A stretch of 64,000 nt of DNA from Bdellovibrionales bacterium (GCA_040380025.1 JBEIJY010000010.1:1-64000); one strand, 5' to 3'; counted from the stretch's first letter, positions 9,073 to 21,035 are shown. The notes: generated by a model from the letters alone, not told the origin. Translations and numbers: made by a program.

Positions 9073-10452
9073 TCAAACGCACACCCCAAGCGCCCGGCGC
9101 GCCTCCTCGCGATCATCGAAGTGTCGCTTCTCTCTCCCGATGATCTGGTAATCCTCATGGCCCTTGCCGGCGATCAGCACCACATCGCCCTTCGAGGCCC
9201 GGGCGATCGCGGACTCGATGGCGAGTCTCCGGTCGGCGATGATCTCGTAGTTCTTGGCTTCGATTCCCGATTCGATCTCGCGAAGGATCGCAAGGGGGTC
9301 TTCGGTCCGGGGGTTGTCGCTCGTCAAAATCACGTGGTGCGAGAGTTTCGTTGCGATCTCGCCCATGACCGGTCGCTTGGTCCGGTCGCGATCGCCCCCG
9401 CATCCGAAGACGGTAAAGATTCTCGGGCCTTGAATCGCGAGCAAAACCTTCTCGAGCGCCTCGGGCTTGTGCGCGTAATCGACAAACACGAAGATCCCGC
9501 GCGGGTTCGGAATGAACTCCATTCTTCCCGGGACCCCGGCAAAATCAAAAAGCGCCGCAGAGGCCGCTTCGAGCGAAACTCCAAGCCCCGTTACGATCGT
9601 CAGCGCCGCAAGGATGTTCTCGGCCTGAAATGCCCCGAAGAGCGGGCAGTGAGCCTGAATCCATGGCGCGCTCGGGTTCGCCCGCACCTCGAACGAGATC
9701 CCGCCCGGCGTGGGGGTGAGGTTTTGGATTTGTTCGTTCACCGAAAATCCGCGAATTCCCGGGTTCTCCTCGATGAGCCGTGCGCCGAACGACGAATCGC
9801 GGTTCGAGCAGGCGAACGGGGATTTTCCGAGACCCTTGCTGTATCCGGCGTGCAGGGTGAAGAGGAGCGCCTTCGACGCAAAATAATGATCCAAGGTCGG
9901 GTGGTAATCCATGTGCTCGCGGCTCAGGTTCAAAAAGCACATGGCATCCCACGCGATTCCAAAACAGCGATCCTGATGGAGCGCGTGCGAAGACACTTCC
10001 ATGACAACCGCTTTCGCGCCCATGCCCCGCACCTCCGCAAGCCAGCGCTGGAGAGTCACGGCATCGGGGGTGGTGTTGTCGGTTGGCACCGAGCGGCCTT
10101 GGAATTCCCCGCCGTTCGTGCCGATCCGGGCACAGGGAACCCCGCAGCGATCCAAAAGGTGCTGGACCAGGTAAGAAGTGGTGGTTTTTCCGCTTGTTCC
10201 GGTGATGCCAATCAGCTTGAGCGCATGAGACGGATGCCCGCACATCTCGCTTGCGAGCTCCCCGAGCTTCCTTCGTGCCTGGTCGCCCAGGACCTCCACG
10301 CCCGCGATTCCCGTGTCGCGTTCGGCGAACACCTTCACGGCGCCTCGCTCAAGGGCCTCGCGAATGAACTGGTGTCCGTCGTGGTTTGCGCCCTTCAGGG
10401 CAAAAAAGATCGATCCCGGTTTTACTTCTTTCGAATTCGCGGTGACGTGCAT
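9073..10452 (-). CDS. murE: UDP-MurNAc-dipeptide--meso-DAP ligase
   Basis: GITGTSGKTTT, MEVSSHAL, VDYAH, GCGGDRD, DNPR (DAP-type), AGKGHE. Confidence 0.96.
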   Translation of the reverse strand: MHVTANSKEVKPGSIFFALKGANHDGHQFIREALERGAVKVFAERDTGIAGVEVLGDQARRKLGELASEMCGHPSHALKLIGITGTSGKTTTSYLVQHLLDRCGVPCARIGTNGGEFQGRSVPTDNTTPDAVTLQRWLAEVRGMGAKAVVMEVSSHALHQDRCFGIAWDAMCFLNLSREHMDYHPTLDHYFASKALLFTLHAGYSKGLGKSPFACSNRDSSFGARLIEENPGIRGFSVNEQIQNLTPTPGGISFEVRANPSAPWIQAHCPLFGAFQAENILAALTIVTGLGVSLEAASAALFDFAGVPGRMEFIPNPRGIFVFVDYAHKPEALEKVLLAIQGPRIFTVFGCGGDRDRTKRPVMGEIATKLSHHVILTSDNPRTEDPLAILREIESGIEAKNYEIIADRRLAIESAIARASKGDVVLIAGKGHEDYQIIGREKRHFDDREEARRALGVCV

Positions 10453-10458
10453 GAAATC

Positions 10459-12459
10459 CTACTCTTCCAAAAAGAGCGTAACATGGACGTTCGGAGAAAT
10501 CTGGCTTCCGCTATCGGGTAGTTGGCGTTTGATGAGCCCGAACCCCTTGATTTTGACCTTCGGCAAGAACGGCTTCAGCGCCCGGATCGCTTCTTGGGGA
10601 GTCAGACCTGTCAGGCTCGGCATGACCGGGTGGTCGAGGTTCACTTCTTTCACGCTCTCGATCGACTGCTCGACGATCTCGGCGCTCGATTGGGCGAGTT
10701 TGATCACCTGCGAGTCCTCGTCATTCCGGGGGGCGGGAGTCGGAGTGCTCTCGACGAGTTGCAGGCGCACCTTCTCGGTCGTCGGAATCGAGAACCGGCT
10801 CATGACTTGTTTGACCACGTTCGAAAACAAAGGGGCGGCCGTTTCGCCGGCGTAATACACCCCGCGCGGGTGATCGAGCAAGGTGAGCACGACGATGGGC
10901 TGTTTGATTCCGACCGGAAACCCCAGAAACGAGGCAATGTGGCGCGAAGTCGAATAGCGGCGGGTGGCGGGGTCGACCGTTTGCGCGGTTCCGGTTTTGC
11001 CCGCGATCCGGTAGCCTTCCACGCGGGCCTTGTGTCCTGTTCCTTGCACTCCTTCGGTAACCCCGATCAGCGCATCGGTAACGTCTTTGACGGTTCCCGG
11101 CTTAAAGAGAGCTGTTTTCTTTGGCGATTCAGATTCTTTTCTTTTGAGCAAGGTGGGCTCGACCAAGAACCCGCCATTCGCAAGGGCTCCATAGGCCCGA
11201 AGCATCTGAAGCGGCGTCACCAGAATGCTTTGCCCGAAGCCGATGGTCGCAAGCGTGAGCGGGCGGATCCCTTTGCTGGTGGACGGCGCCCATCCCGAGA
11301 TTTCTCCCGGAAATCCCGTTCCCGTCTTGGTGCCGAACCCGAGATCGCGCAGGCTTTGCACGGTGCGCTCGGCCCCCATCTTGAGCGCCAGCTCCGCCGC
11401 GACGATGTTCGATGAGACTTCGATCATTTTCTTCATCGGGATCATCCCGAAGCGTTCATGCGCTTCGGCCTCGCTAATGACCCGGTTTTGAAGCTTCAGT
11501 TTTCCGTAATGGCCGAAGAGGGAATCGGTGATCTTCAGCACGCCTCTGTTGATCGCCGAGGCGAGCATGAGCGGCTTCATGGTCGAGCCCGGCTCGTACC
11601 CGTCGGTGAGCGCCCGGACTTTTTTCACCCCCCGTAAGTTGGCGGATTGGGCCAGGGCCAGGATCTCGCCGTTTCCGGCATCCATGACGATCACCATGCC
11701 CGAGTCGGAGTTCGTTTTCGTAACGGACTCGTTCAAGGCCTCTTCGATCGAATACTGAAGAGACGAATCAATGCTGAGCTCGACCGCCTCGCCGTCCGCC
11801 ATCTTGGGCTGGTTGTTCGAGGTCATCTGGGTGGGGCGCCCGAATCCGTCCCGGAACGCATCGATCGAGGCGCTCTTGCCGCGAAGCTCGGTGTTCTTCC
11901 AGAGCTCGACGCCCTCGATCCCTTCCGCATCGACATTCACCGTGCCGATCAGCGAGGATGCCACTCCGCCATGCGGGTAGACCCGCTTCATCTCTTTCTC
12001 GATCCAGAGTCCTTCGGGCATTTCACCCGAGGACTGAAGGATTCCTGCCTTTCGGAGTTGCTCCATGCGTGCATCGCTCAGGTGGCGCTCGAACCAGACG
12101 AAGGCTTTTTTCGAATCGAGACGTTTTTTCAGCGCGGGAAGGGGGATTCCGAGCGCATGCGAGAGCAGGTGCATCGTCGCGCGGGCTTTCAAGATCTTTT
12201 GCGGATTTCCGGCAAGAGAGGAGGTCTCGAGATTGATCGCGAGCGGCTCGCCCGTGCGATCGACGATGAGTCCGCGCCTAGGCTTCATCAGAATTTTGGA
12301 TTGGAATTGCTTTCGGGCGAGTCGCTCGAGTCTCGGATCGTGGATGATCTGAAGCCAAGTGGATCGCACGAGCATTCCGACCGAAATCAGCGCAAATACG
12401 CCGATCACAAGAGACAAGCGCACTCGCATCGACTGGATCGAATCAATTGGGGTTCTCAA
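10459..12459 (-). CDS. ftsI: Class B penicillin-binding protein with C-terminal PASTA-like domain
   Basis: RGxIxDR, EPGSTMK (SxxK), SSN, KTGTAQ; position between ftsL and murE. Confidence 0.93.
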   Translation of the reverse strand: MRTPIDSIQSMRVRLSLVIGVFALISVGMLVRSTWLQIIHDPRLERLARKQFQSKILMKPRRGLIVDRTGEPLAINLETSSLAGNPQKILKARATMHLLSHALGIPLPALKKRLDSKKAFVWFERHLSDARMEQLRKAGILQSSGEMPEGLWIEKEMKRVYPHGGVASSLIGTVNVDAEGIEGVELWKNTELRGKSASIDAFRDGFGRPTQMTSNNQPKMADGEAVELSIDSSLQYSIEEALNESVTKTNSDSGMVIVMDAGNGEILALAQSANLRGVKKVRALTDGYEPGSTMKPLMLASAINRGVLKITDSLFGHYGKLKLQNRVISEAEAHERFGMIPMKKMIEVSSNIVAAELALKMGAERTVQSLRDLGFGTKTGTGFPGEISGWAPSTSKGIRPLTLATIGFGQSILVTPLQMLRAYGALANGGFLVEPTLLKRKESESPKKTALFKPGTVKDVTDALIGVTEGVQGTGHKARVEGYRIAGKTGTAQTVDPATRRYSTSRHIASFLGFPVGIKQPIVVLTLLDHPRGVYYAGETAAPLFSNVVKQVMSRFSIPTTEKVRLQLVESTPTPAPRNDEDSQVIKLAQSSAEIVEQSIESVKEVNLDHPVMPSLTGLTPQEAIRALKPFLPKVKIKGFGLIKRQLPDSGSQISPNVHVTLFLEE

Positions 12460-12470
12460 GATTCCTCCCC

Positions 12471-12734
12471 TCAGTCCTTCAGTTGGATCAAACGTTCCGG
12501 CGTGGGGGGGCTCAGATTGAATTTCTGCCTGGCAAGAGATTCGAGCCTTCGGGGGGAGCGGAGCTGGGCGACTTTGAGTTCGAGTTTTTCGTTCTCGAGC
12601 TTCAGGTTGTGCAGGGTCTTGTTCGCCTGGTCGAGCTCATAGGTGGTGTGGACGACATTCAGACGGGTCCAGACTGTCGAGAATGCCAGGGTAATCAACA
12701 CCGGAATGGTCCACAGCGGAACGAACTTGGTCAT
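12471..12734 (-). CDS. ftsL: Cell division protein FtsL
   Basis: Single TM + coiled coil ending LRSPRRLESLA; between rsmH and ftsI. Confidence 0.85.
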   Translation of the reverse strand: MTKFVPLWTIPVLITLAFSTVWTRLNVVHTTYELDQANKTLHNLKLENEKLELKVAQLRSPRRLESLARQKFNLSPPTPERLIQLKD

Positions 12735-12799
12735 CTGGAATCAGAGTAGCTTGATCCCGTTGAAGTTGCAACGATTCCGCCAGCGTCAAAGATTTGGTC

Positions 12800-13741
12800 T
12801 TACTTGCGGATCGCAAACCGGAGCTTCGCGCTTCGCGAGCGGGAATTCGCTTCGACCTCGGACTCATCGGCCTGAAGGGGTTTCTTGAACGGAAGATCAT
12901 AGCGATCGCGATTCCGGAACTCTTCTTTGACGAGCCGGTCCTCGAGCGAATGGAACGACAGGATCGCAATCCTCCCTGAGGGTGACACCGCCGGAAAAAC
13001 CTGGGCGATCAGGGTTTCGAGCTCCTTCAGTTCCTCGTTGATCTGAATCCGGAGCGCCTGGAAGGTCCGGGTCGCGGGATGAATTCCGCGGTGGCGCAAG
13101 GCCGGCGGAAACACCGAGGTGATCGCCTCTGCAAGCTCCGCGGTGTCGAGCGGGAGCTTGCCCTTCGAGCGAAGGTCGACAATCCTTCGTGCGATTTTGC
13201 GCGAGAAGCGCTCCTCGCTGTACCGCCAGATCACATCGGCAAGTTCGGTCTCGCTGACCGAGGCAAGCCATTCCGAAACAGGAACTCCCCGGGTGGTGTT
13301 CATGCGCATGTCGAGCGGCGCCTTGAACCGAAAACTGAATCCGCGGGTCTCGGAATCGATCTGATCGCTCGAGACGCCGAGGTCGGCCAACAGGCCATAA
13401 ATTGGGCGATCTTGAACGAATTTCATCGACTCACTGAAGGAGCCGTGATGGATTTCGAGCCGGCCCTCGGCGAGCTCGCGTTGGAATTTTTTCTGGTTAC
13501 GACCGATTGCGTCAAGATCGCGATCGACCCCGAGAATGCGGCATTGTTGCCGATTCGGAAGAGTGCTGAGTTTTTCGAGGATTCTCGCGGTATGCCCACC
13601 TCCGCCCAGGGTACAGTCGATCAGAATACCCGGCGGGGCCGAGTCGGGAAGCGAGGCGATTCCTTCGACCAGAAAATCGGTGATCGGATCGAGAAGGATC
13701 GGAATATGCGAGGTGTTTTCGGGGACTTGGTTGACTGACAT
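12800..13741 (-). CDS. rsmH: 16S rRNA m4C1402 methyltransferase
   Basis: HIPILL, DCTLGGGGH, DLGVSS, PLDMRM, HPATRTFQALRI, SFHSLEDR, SRSAKLR. Confidence 0.97.
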   Translation of the reverse strand: MSVNQVPENTSHIPILLDPITDFLVEGIASLPDSAPPGILIDCTLGGGGHTARILEKLSTLPNRQQCRILGVDRDLDAIGRNQKKFQRELAEGRLEIHHGSFSESMKFVQDRPIYGLLADLGVSSDQIDSETRGFSFRFKAPLDMRMNTTRGVPVSEWLASVSETELADVIWRYSEERFSRKIARRIVDLRSKGKLPLDTAELAEAITSVFPPALRHRGIHPATRTFQALRIQINEELKELETLIAQVFPAVSPSGRIAILSFHSLEDRLVKEEFRNRDRYDLPFKKPLQADESEVEANSRSRSAKLRFAIRK

Positions 13742-13792
13742 ATCAAGTGATTTCGCTTGTTTAAACCTGACTCGATGGGTAACCTAGGGGTC

Positions 13793-15668
<1,876 letters not shown>

Positions 15669-15686
15669 GGAACCAACCGGGTTTGC

Positions 15687-16298
15687 ATGGCCTATAACAA
15701 GCGCGATCATTATTACCACAAGGCCAAAGACGAGAACTTCGCGGCCCGCTCGATTTACAAGCTCGAGGAGATCGACCAGAAATTCCGCATCATCAAGTCC
15801 GGCATGAAGGTGCTCGACCTCGGGGCCGCTCCGGGATCCTGGTCACAGTATCTTTCGTCCAAGGTGGGCGAGCAGGGGCGCGTGCTCGGAGTCGATCTCA
15901 TCCAGGTGGAGCTCACCCTCCCGAATGCCGTGTTCATCCACGCCGACCTGAGGGACTTGAATCTCGATCAGATCTTCAAAGAGCACGGGTTCGATCCGGT
16001 CTTTGACGGAGTGTTCTCGGACATGGCGCCGAAAACCACGGGCATCCGGATCACCGATCAGGCGCGCTCGATGGAGCTCTGCGAGCTTGCGCTCGATGTG
16101 GCGGACCGGTTCTTGCGCCCGGGCGGGAATTTTGTGTGCAAGTTTTTTCACTCGGACGATTTCGTCGAGCTGAAAAAAAAGATGGAAGCGCGCTTCGGGC
16201 GCGTCGAGGTGCTGCGACCGAAAAGCACCCGTAAAGAATCAAAAGAGATCTTCCTGATCGGAATCTCGAAGAAAAAAACCGGATCCTCCGGATCCTGA
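15687..16298 (+). CDS. rlmE: 23S rRNA Um2552 methyltransferase
   Basis: ARSIYKLEEI, DLGAAPGSWSQ, SDMAP, KSTRKESKE. Confidence 0.95.
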   Translation: MAYNKRDHYYHKAKDENFAARSIYKLEEIDQKFRIIKSGMKVLDLGAAPGSWSQYLSSKVGEQGRVLGVDLIQVELTLPNAVFIHADLRDLNLDQIFKEHGFDPVFDGVFSDMAPKTTGIRITDQARSMELCELALDVADRFLRPGGNFVCKFFHSDDFVELKKKMEARFGRVEVLRPKSTRKESKEIFLIGISKKKTGSSGS

Positions 16299-16309
16299 GA
16301 AAGAGAATC

Positions 16310-17536
16310 ATGACTTCAACGCCTTCAAAAAAAATCTTTGGCCCCCGATCGGGCGAAGCGGTTCCCCCCGCGCCTCCGGGCGAGCCGGGCCCCGTCGCCG
16401 CTTCTGAGCCCGCCGAAGCCCCTGCATCTGAAGCAGTCTCGTGGGAATCGCTGGGTCTTCGCCCCGAGCTCTTGGACCTCATTAAAAAAGCAGGCTTCGA
16501 TACCCCCACACCGGTTCAGGCGCGCGCGATTCCCGAAGCGATGAAGGGGAGCGATCTGATCGTTTCGGCCCAGACCGGAACCGGAAAGACCGCCGCCTTT
16601 GTCTTTCCGCTGATCGAGAAAGTGGCCGGGCGAAACGGTACATTCGGATTGGTGCTCGCACCCACGCGCGAGATCGCGCTCCAGACCCAGGCTGTGCTCG
16701 AGCAGTTCGGAAAGCCGCTTGGCGTGAAGTCGGTGTGTCTGATCGGGGGCAACCCCCTTCGTGCCGACGAGATCATGCTCAAAGATTACCCGACCGTGAT
16801 CGTGGCCACCCCGGGTCGCTTGTGCGATCACATCGAGCGGGGCAATGTCTGGCTTGAGTTTCTCGAAATGCTGATTCTGGACGAGGCCGACCGGATGCTC
16901 GAAATGGGATTCGCGGTACAGCTGAACCGGATTCTCGAAGAGACCCCGAGCACCCGCCAGTCGATGTTGTTCTCGGCGACGCTTCCTCCGCACGTCGAGA
17001 AGCTCGCCAATCGGGGGCTGTATCAGCCAAAACGGATCCAGATCGGGCGCGTCTCGAAGGCCGCGCACACCGTGCAGCAGACCTTCGTGTTCGTCGACGA
17101 AGCAAAGAAAGTCCGCGAGCTCGAACAGCTTTTGTACGATGAGCCCGGGAGCACGATCGTGTTCGTGCGTTCGAAGGACGGTGCCGCGAAGCTCGGACGG
17201 ACGCTTCGGAATCACGGATTCCGCGATGTGACCCAGCTCCACTCGGACCTCGACCAGAAACAGCGCGAACAGGCGCTCATGGATTTCAAGACCGGGCGCT
17301 ACGGGGTCCTGATCGCAACCGATGTCGTGGGCCGCGGGATTCATGTCGACAATGTCGCGCATGTGATCAATTTCGATCTTCCCCGCGAGGCCGAAGATTA
17401 CATCCACCGCATCGGCCGCACGGGCCGCGCGGACGCGACCGGCAAGGCCACGAGCCTCGTGACCTCGCGCGATCGTCTGATTCTCGAAAAAATCGAGAAA
17501 GTCGCCGGCGGCAACGTCAAGCGCGTGAAGCGCTGA
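16310..17536 (+). CDS. DEAD-box RNA helicase
   Basis: Q motif TPVQ, AQTGTGKT, PTRE, TPGR, DEAD, SAT, HRIGRTGR. Confidence 0.95.
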   Translation: MTSTPSKKIFGPRSGEAVPPAPPGEPGPVAASEPAEAPASEAVSWESLGLRPELLDLIKKAGFDTPTPVQARAIPEAMKGSDLIVSAQTGTGKTAAFVFPLIEKVAGRNGTFGLVLAPTREIALQTQAVLEQFGKPLGVKSVCLIGGNPLRADEIMLKDYPTVIVATPGRLCDHIERGNVWLEFLEMLILDEADRMLEMGFAVQLNRILEETPSTRQSMLFSATLPPHVEKLANRGLYQPKRIQIGRVSKAAHTVQQTFVFVDEAKKVRELEQLLYDEPGSTIVFVRSKDGAAKLGRTLRNHGFRDVTQLHSDLDQKQREQALMDFKTGRYGVLIATDVVGRGIHVDNVAHVINFDLPREAEDYIHRIGRTGRADATGKATSLVTSRDRLILEKIEKVAGGNVKRVKR

Positions 17537-17545
17537 GTTTTCGCG

Positions 17546-19678
17546 CTATTCTGATTTGGGCGGGTTCGGGCGCCACTGCTGGATCTCGTTCGAGGTTCCG
17601 GGCAGGCTGTGCGCATCCACATCGAGCGGCTTCAGGAGCGGGTAGCCCGGACGGAATTCGAGATCGGGGTTTCCGTGCGTCTGGGCGCCGAAGAACTTCC
17701 CGTCCTTGAAGAACAACACCTGCGTGTGAATCGGCGACTGGATCGTGAGCGCCTGGAATCCCGCCTTGTAGAAGGTCTCGGCGTAGGCCGGGTCGAGCAT
17801 CGATTGCCCCGAGTTGTACACGCCGTTCTGCCAGCCGGCGAGGTGCGAATCGCCGAGAACCGCGCTTCCCGCCGCGGCTTTTCGTTTGCCGGGGTTCAGG
17901 GGCTTTCCGTACACACCGCCGGTGTGGCCGTGCGCGATCAGCGCATCCGAGAAGTACACCTTGTCTTTCGGACCGAGCACATGCACATGATCCGGATAGC
18001 TCACGCCGATGTCATGCACGAGGTATTCCTTCAAAAAGTTCTTCCCCGCCGTGTGGTACGACTTCATTTTGTTGTAGGCCGCGACATTCAGCGCATCATC
18101 CGCATACCCCGTGGTTGCGAACTTCCGGGCAAGGCGGTCGTAGCAGTGATTCGAGTAATTCAAGAGCCAGTGCGGGGTGTAGCCGCGGGTTTCCTTCACC
18201 GCCCGAAGGAGGTCCTTCACCAGCTCCATTCCCTTGTGCAGGTGCAGGCGGATGTCGGACTCGAGCGGATCGCGCGCAAGTGCCTCTTTTGCCGCCTGAT
18301 CGGCCTCGGTCCAGCGGCTGGCCGCATCGAAATTGAAGGTGTCGTTCGAGGCGAATCCGAGCAGATCGACGGGCTTTCCGTCGGTGCGCTTCAGGCAGGT
18401 CTTCGGATCGATGAACTGCCGGTAGAGCGCCTCGTAGTAGCGCGGATCGTAGTTGGGCGAGTGGGAGTCTCCGAGGGTGATGAAGATCGGAAGATCATAC
18501 ACCGTGCCATCGTTCGCATAGAACTTGTTCAGATCGGCGAATCCCGGCGGAAGGATCCACTCTTCGTCGCCGAACCGGAATGCGCTCGTGCGATCGAGAT
18601 ACGGAATCGCCCGGATGTGGGGTTGCGATTCGAGGCCCAGGCGAAGCTCCTCGGCAAGACCGGTTGATTTTTCGACGAGCAGGATCTGGGTCGCGTGCTC
18701 GGCGTTCTGGATCGAGCTGATGCGCGAGCCGATCGCGGAGCTCGCAAGGTAGTGGCCCGATTCAGTGATCGACCCGGTGGTGAAGATCATCGAGGGGTTT
18801 CGTGAGTCAGCGGGTTTCGGGAGTGCGAGCGAATGCCCGTGGACGAGGATCATGGTTTTTCCGGGCGAGAGCTTTCGATCCATGCCGGTTTCGGGCTTCA
18901 GGGCGCGCGGGGGAAGGGCGACTTCGTTGATCGTGAAGGTGTTGTTCGAGTGGTCGCTCAGGTAAATCTGGAACGGGCTCACGAAGCGGTACTCGGCCGG
19001 CCGGTTCAGCGACTCGGGGAGGCCCGAGCCGATTCCGTATGCCGGTGCGATCACGACGGGAAGATTCGTGGCCGGGGCGAGGTTTTTTCGCAGATTCTCG
19101 ATCGCTTGCTCGATTCCGTTCGCGAGCGGCTGGCCCGAGATGTATCCGCCCACCAAGAAGGCCTGGCTCGACCGAAGCGCGGTTCTGAGTTGGGTTTGCA
19201 CCTCGGGGCTGAATTCGCGCGTATTCACATAGCGGGCGAAGAAGCGCGCGTATTCGGGGTCGCGGGCCGCGGCGTTCGCGAGGAAATCCTCTTCGAATCC
19301 CTTGAAGACCCCCCATTCTTTATGAAACAGCCCCGAGAAGAATTCCTGCTCGGCCGGCGGCAGGCGATCGGCACCGAGTGCGAGCCGGAACTCCTCGAAG
19401 CTCGGCGGATAGCGTTTGTTCGTTTTGACCCACTCGCGGTAATCCGAGTACAGGCGGTCTTGGATTTTCTTCGCTTCTTCGGGGGTGAGGAGCGAGAGGA
19501 TCGTCTTCGCATCCATGCCCTCGATTTGCGGGATTCTGCGATCGGCGAGAATGCTCTTCACGATCGCCTTTCTTGATCCCGCCGGCAGGTTCGGAGTCAG
19601 CAGATCATCGCATTCGTTCGCAAAGGTCGAGATCGCACAAAAAAACAAGGCCGCCAGCACCACCAGAATTCGTTTCAT
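17546..19678 (-). CDS. Secreted metallophosphoesterase-fold protein resembling phage T5 A1
   Basis: Signal peptide MKRILVVLAALFFCAISTFA; TTGSIT, GFADL, LGDSH, SNH, HGHTG, GDSH, GVYNSG in A1-family order; AAGGA SD before ATG 19678. Confidence 0.7.
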   Translation of the reverse strand: MKRILVVLAALFFCAISTFANECDDLLTPNLPAGSRKAIVKSILADRRIPQIEGMDAKTILSLLTPEEAKKIQDRLYSDYREWVKTNKRYPPSFEEFRLALGADRLPPAEQEFFSGLFHKEWGVFKGFEEDFLANAAARDPEYARFFARYVNTREFSPEVQTQLRTALRSSQAFLVGGYISGQPLANGIEQAIENLRKNLAPATNLPVVIAPAYGIGSGLPESLNRPAEYRFVSPFQIYLSDHSNNTFTINEVALPPRALKPETGMDRKLSPGKTMILVHGHSLALPKPADSRNPSMIFTTGSITESGHYLASSAIGSRISSIQNAEHATQILLVEKSTGLAEELRLGLESQPHIRAIPYLDRTSAFRFGDEEWILPPGFADLNKFYANDGTVYDLPIFITLGDSHSPNYDPRYYEALYRQFIDPKTCLKRTDGKPVDLLGFASNDTFNFDAASRWTEADQAAKEALARDPLESDIRLHLHKGMELVKDLLRAVKETRGYTPHWLLNYSNHCYDRLARKFATTGYADDALNVAAYNKMKSYHTAGKNFLKEYLVHDIGVSYPDHVHVLGPKDKVYFSDALIAHGHTGGVYGKPLNPGKRKAAAGSAVLGDSHLAGWQNGVYNSGQSMLDPAYAETFYKAGFQALTIQSPIHTQVLFFKDGKFFGAQTHGNPDLEFRPGYPLLKPLDVDAHSLPGTSNEIQQWRPNPPKSE

Positions 19679-19682
19679 TTCG

Positions 19683-21035
19683 CTATTCCTTCGAAAGCAG
19701 CGCCGAGCAGGGCGCCTCACCGTTCAAAACCGCTTTCACGGTTTTTTCTGACACATCAAATGTTTGCTTCAACGCTTCGACGGCAACGCCCTCGAGGTTC
19801 TTTTTGTTGATCCGCTCGATCATGGGTTTCAGGCCCAGAATGAAGTCCGAGCGGAACACCATCACACTCGCAAGCGTTTGTGTTCCCGCCGAGAGCGCCT
19901 GCGGATTCGCGGTCTGGGCCGGATGGAGGGCCTGATACTGGCTCAGGGGCGCGGTGTTCGCGAGAATGAGCTTCAGCGGGGGCGATCCTACGCCGCCGCG
20001 CCCGTCGGTCGAGCGGATTCCTCGGATTTTGCGCTCGAAAAGATCGGCGGCCGAGGCCACGAGCGAAGGAGTGTCCTCGAAGTAGGTGAGCACATTCGGG
20101 AGCGGAAACGCCCCGTTCGTGCGATCGATCCGGCGCGAGAGCACATAGTCGATGAGGTATTCGAGAATCACGGATTTTCGTTTTGCGCTCGGGGTTTCGG
20201 CCCGCAGGTATTGACTCACCGAGGCCTCATCGTGAGTCTGAAGCGAGGGGTTTGTGAGCGCGAACACGCGATCAAATGCCGAGCCCGGTGCAAGGTGTCC
20301 CGATTCGATCAGGTGGTCGGTTGCGATCGACCATTCGATTCCCGAGTTCCCGCCCATGGTGAGCGCCATGGTCATCACCGGAAAATTCGGGTCCGACGCG
20401 AGCTTGAAGACCGGAAACATCGGGCCGAAGTTGCCCGATGCGGCCATCGCCTTCACCGCATCGACGAGCGGAGTCGATTCGGGTTGGGTGCGGAACTGCT
20501 CGAAGCTCCGGACGGGGTCGAGGTAATAATCGCGCGGATTGAGCTCGATGCCATTCGAGAGCTTGATTTTTTCGTCCTGAAACGAGTTGCCCGGAGTGCG
20601 TACGTTGTGGGGCGATCCCGGATTCGCCGATTCGTAGTGGCCGAACAGATATTTGAGCGGCGTGCGATGATAGGCGCGCACCTTCGATTCGACGCCGCGT
20701 TCCCAGTCCGAGAGCGGGATATCGATGTAGCGGGGGGTCGATTGCCGCGAGGGATCGCTTAGGGGAGAGGTGTATTCGTTCCAAAGAAACACCCGGATCG
20801 GCCGGCTGCCTTCGCCCTGGATCGGGGTCACGTTGCCGTCGATGTCGAACACGAAGATTCGCAACGGGCCCTGATAGTTCACGAGAGTATTGACGAAGCC
20901 GGGCTCGAGGGGAGCCTCTTGCGCCTCTGCATTCGGGGTCCACACAAGGTGCAGGGAGCACGAGAGTGCGAGTCCCCACACGCAAAGCGCCCCTCTTGCG
21001 CGTACAGCAAAATCAAGTCCCTTCCAAACCCTCAT
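19683..21035 (-). CDS. Secreted HAD-superfamily-like protein (start ATG 21035)
   Basis: Signal-like N-terminus ending AEA-Q; motif I FDIDGN, motif IV-like FEDT; GAGGGG SD; 4-nt gap to next gene. Confidence 0.6.
   Translation of the reverse strand: MRVWKGLDFAVRARGALCVWGLALSCSLHLVWTPNAEAQEAPLEPGFVNTLVNYQGPLRIFVFDIDGNVTPIQGEGSRPIRVFLWNEYTSPLSDPSRQSTPRYIDIPLSDWERGVESKVRAYHRTPLKYLFGHYESANPGSPHNVRTPGNSFQDEKIKLSNGIELNPRDYYLDPVRSFEQFRTQPESTPLVDAVKAMAASGNFGPMFPVFKLASDPNFPVMTMALTMGGNSGIEWSIATDHLIESGHLAPGSAFDRVFALTNPSLQTHDEASVSQYLRAETPSAKRKSVILEYLIDYVLSRRIDRTNGAFPLPNVLTYFEDTPSLVASAADLFERKIRGIRSTDGRGGVGSPPLKLILANTAPLSQYQALHPAQTANPQALSAGTQTLASVMVFRSDFILGLKPMIERINKKNLEGVAVEALKQTFDVSEKTVKAVLNGEAPCSALLSKE

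Noticed and set aside
17546..21035. Prophage remnant
   Set aside because: No integrase, structural genes or att-like repeats; both genes have signal peptides and host-like composition.
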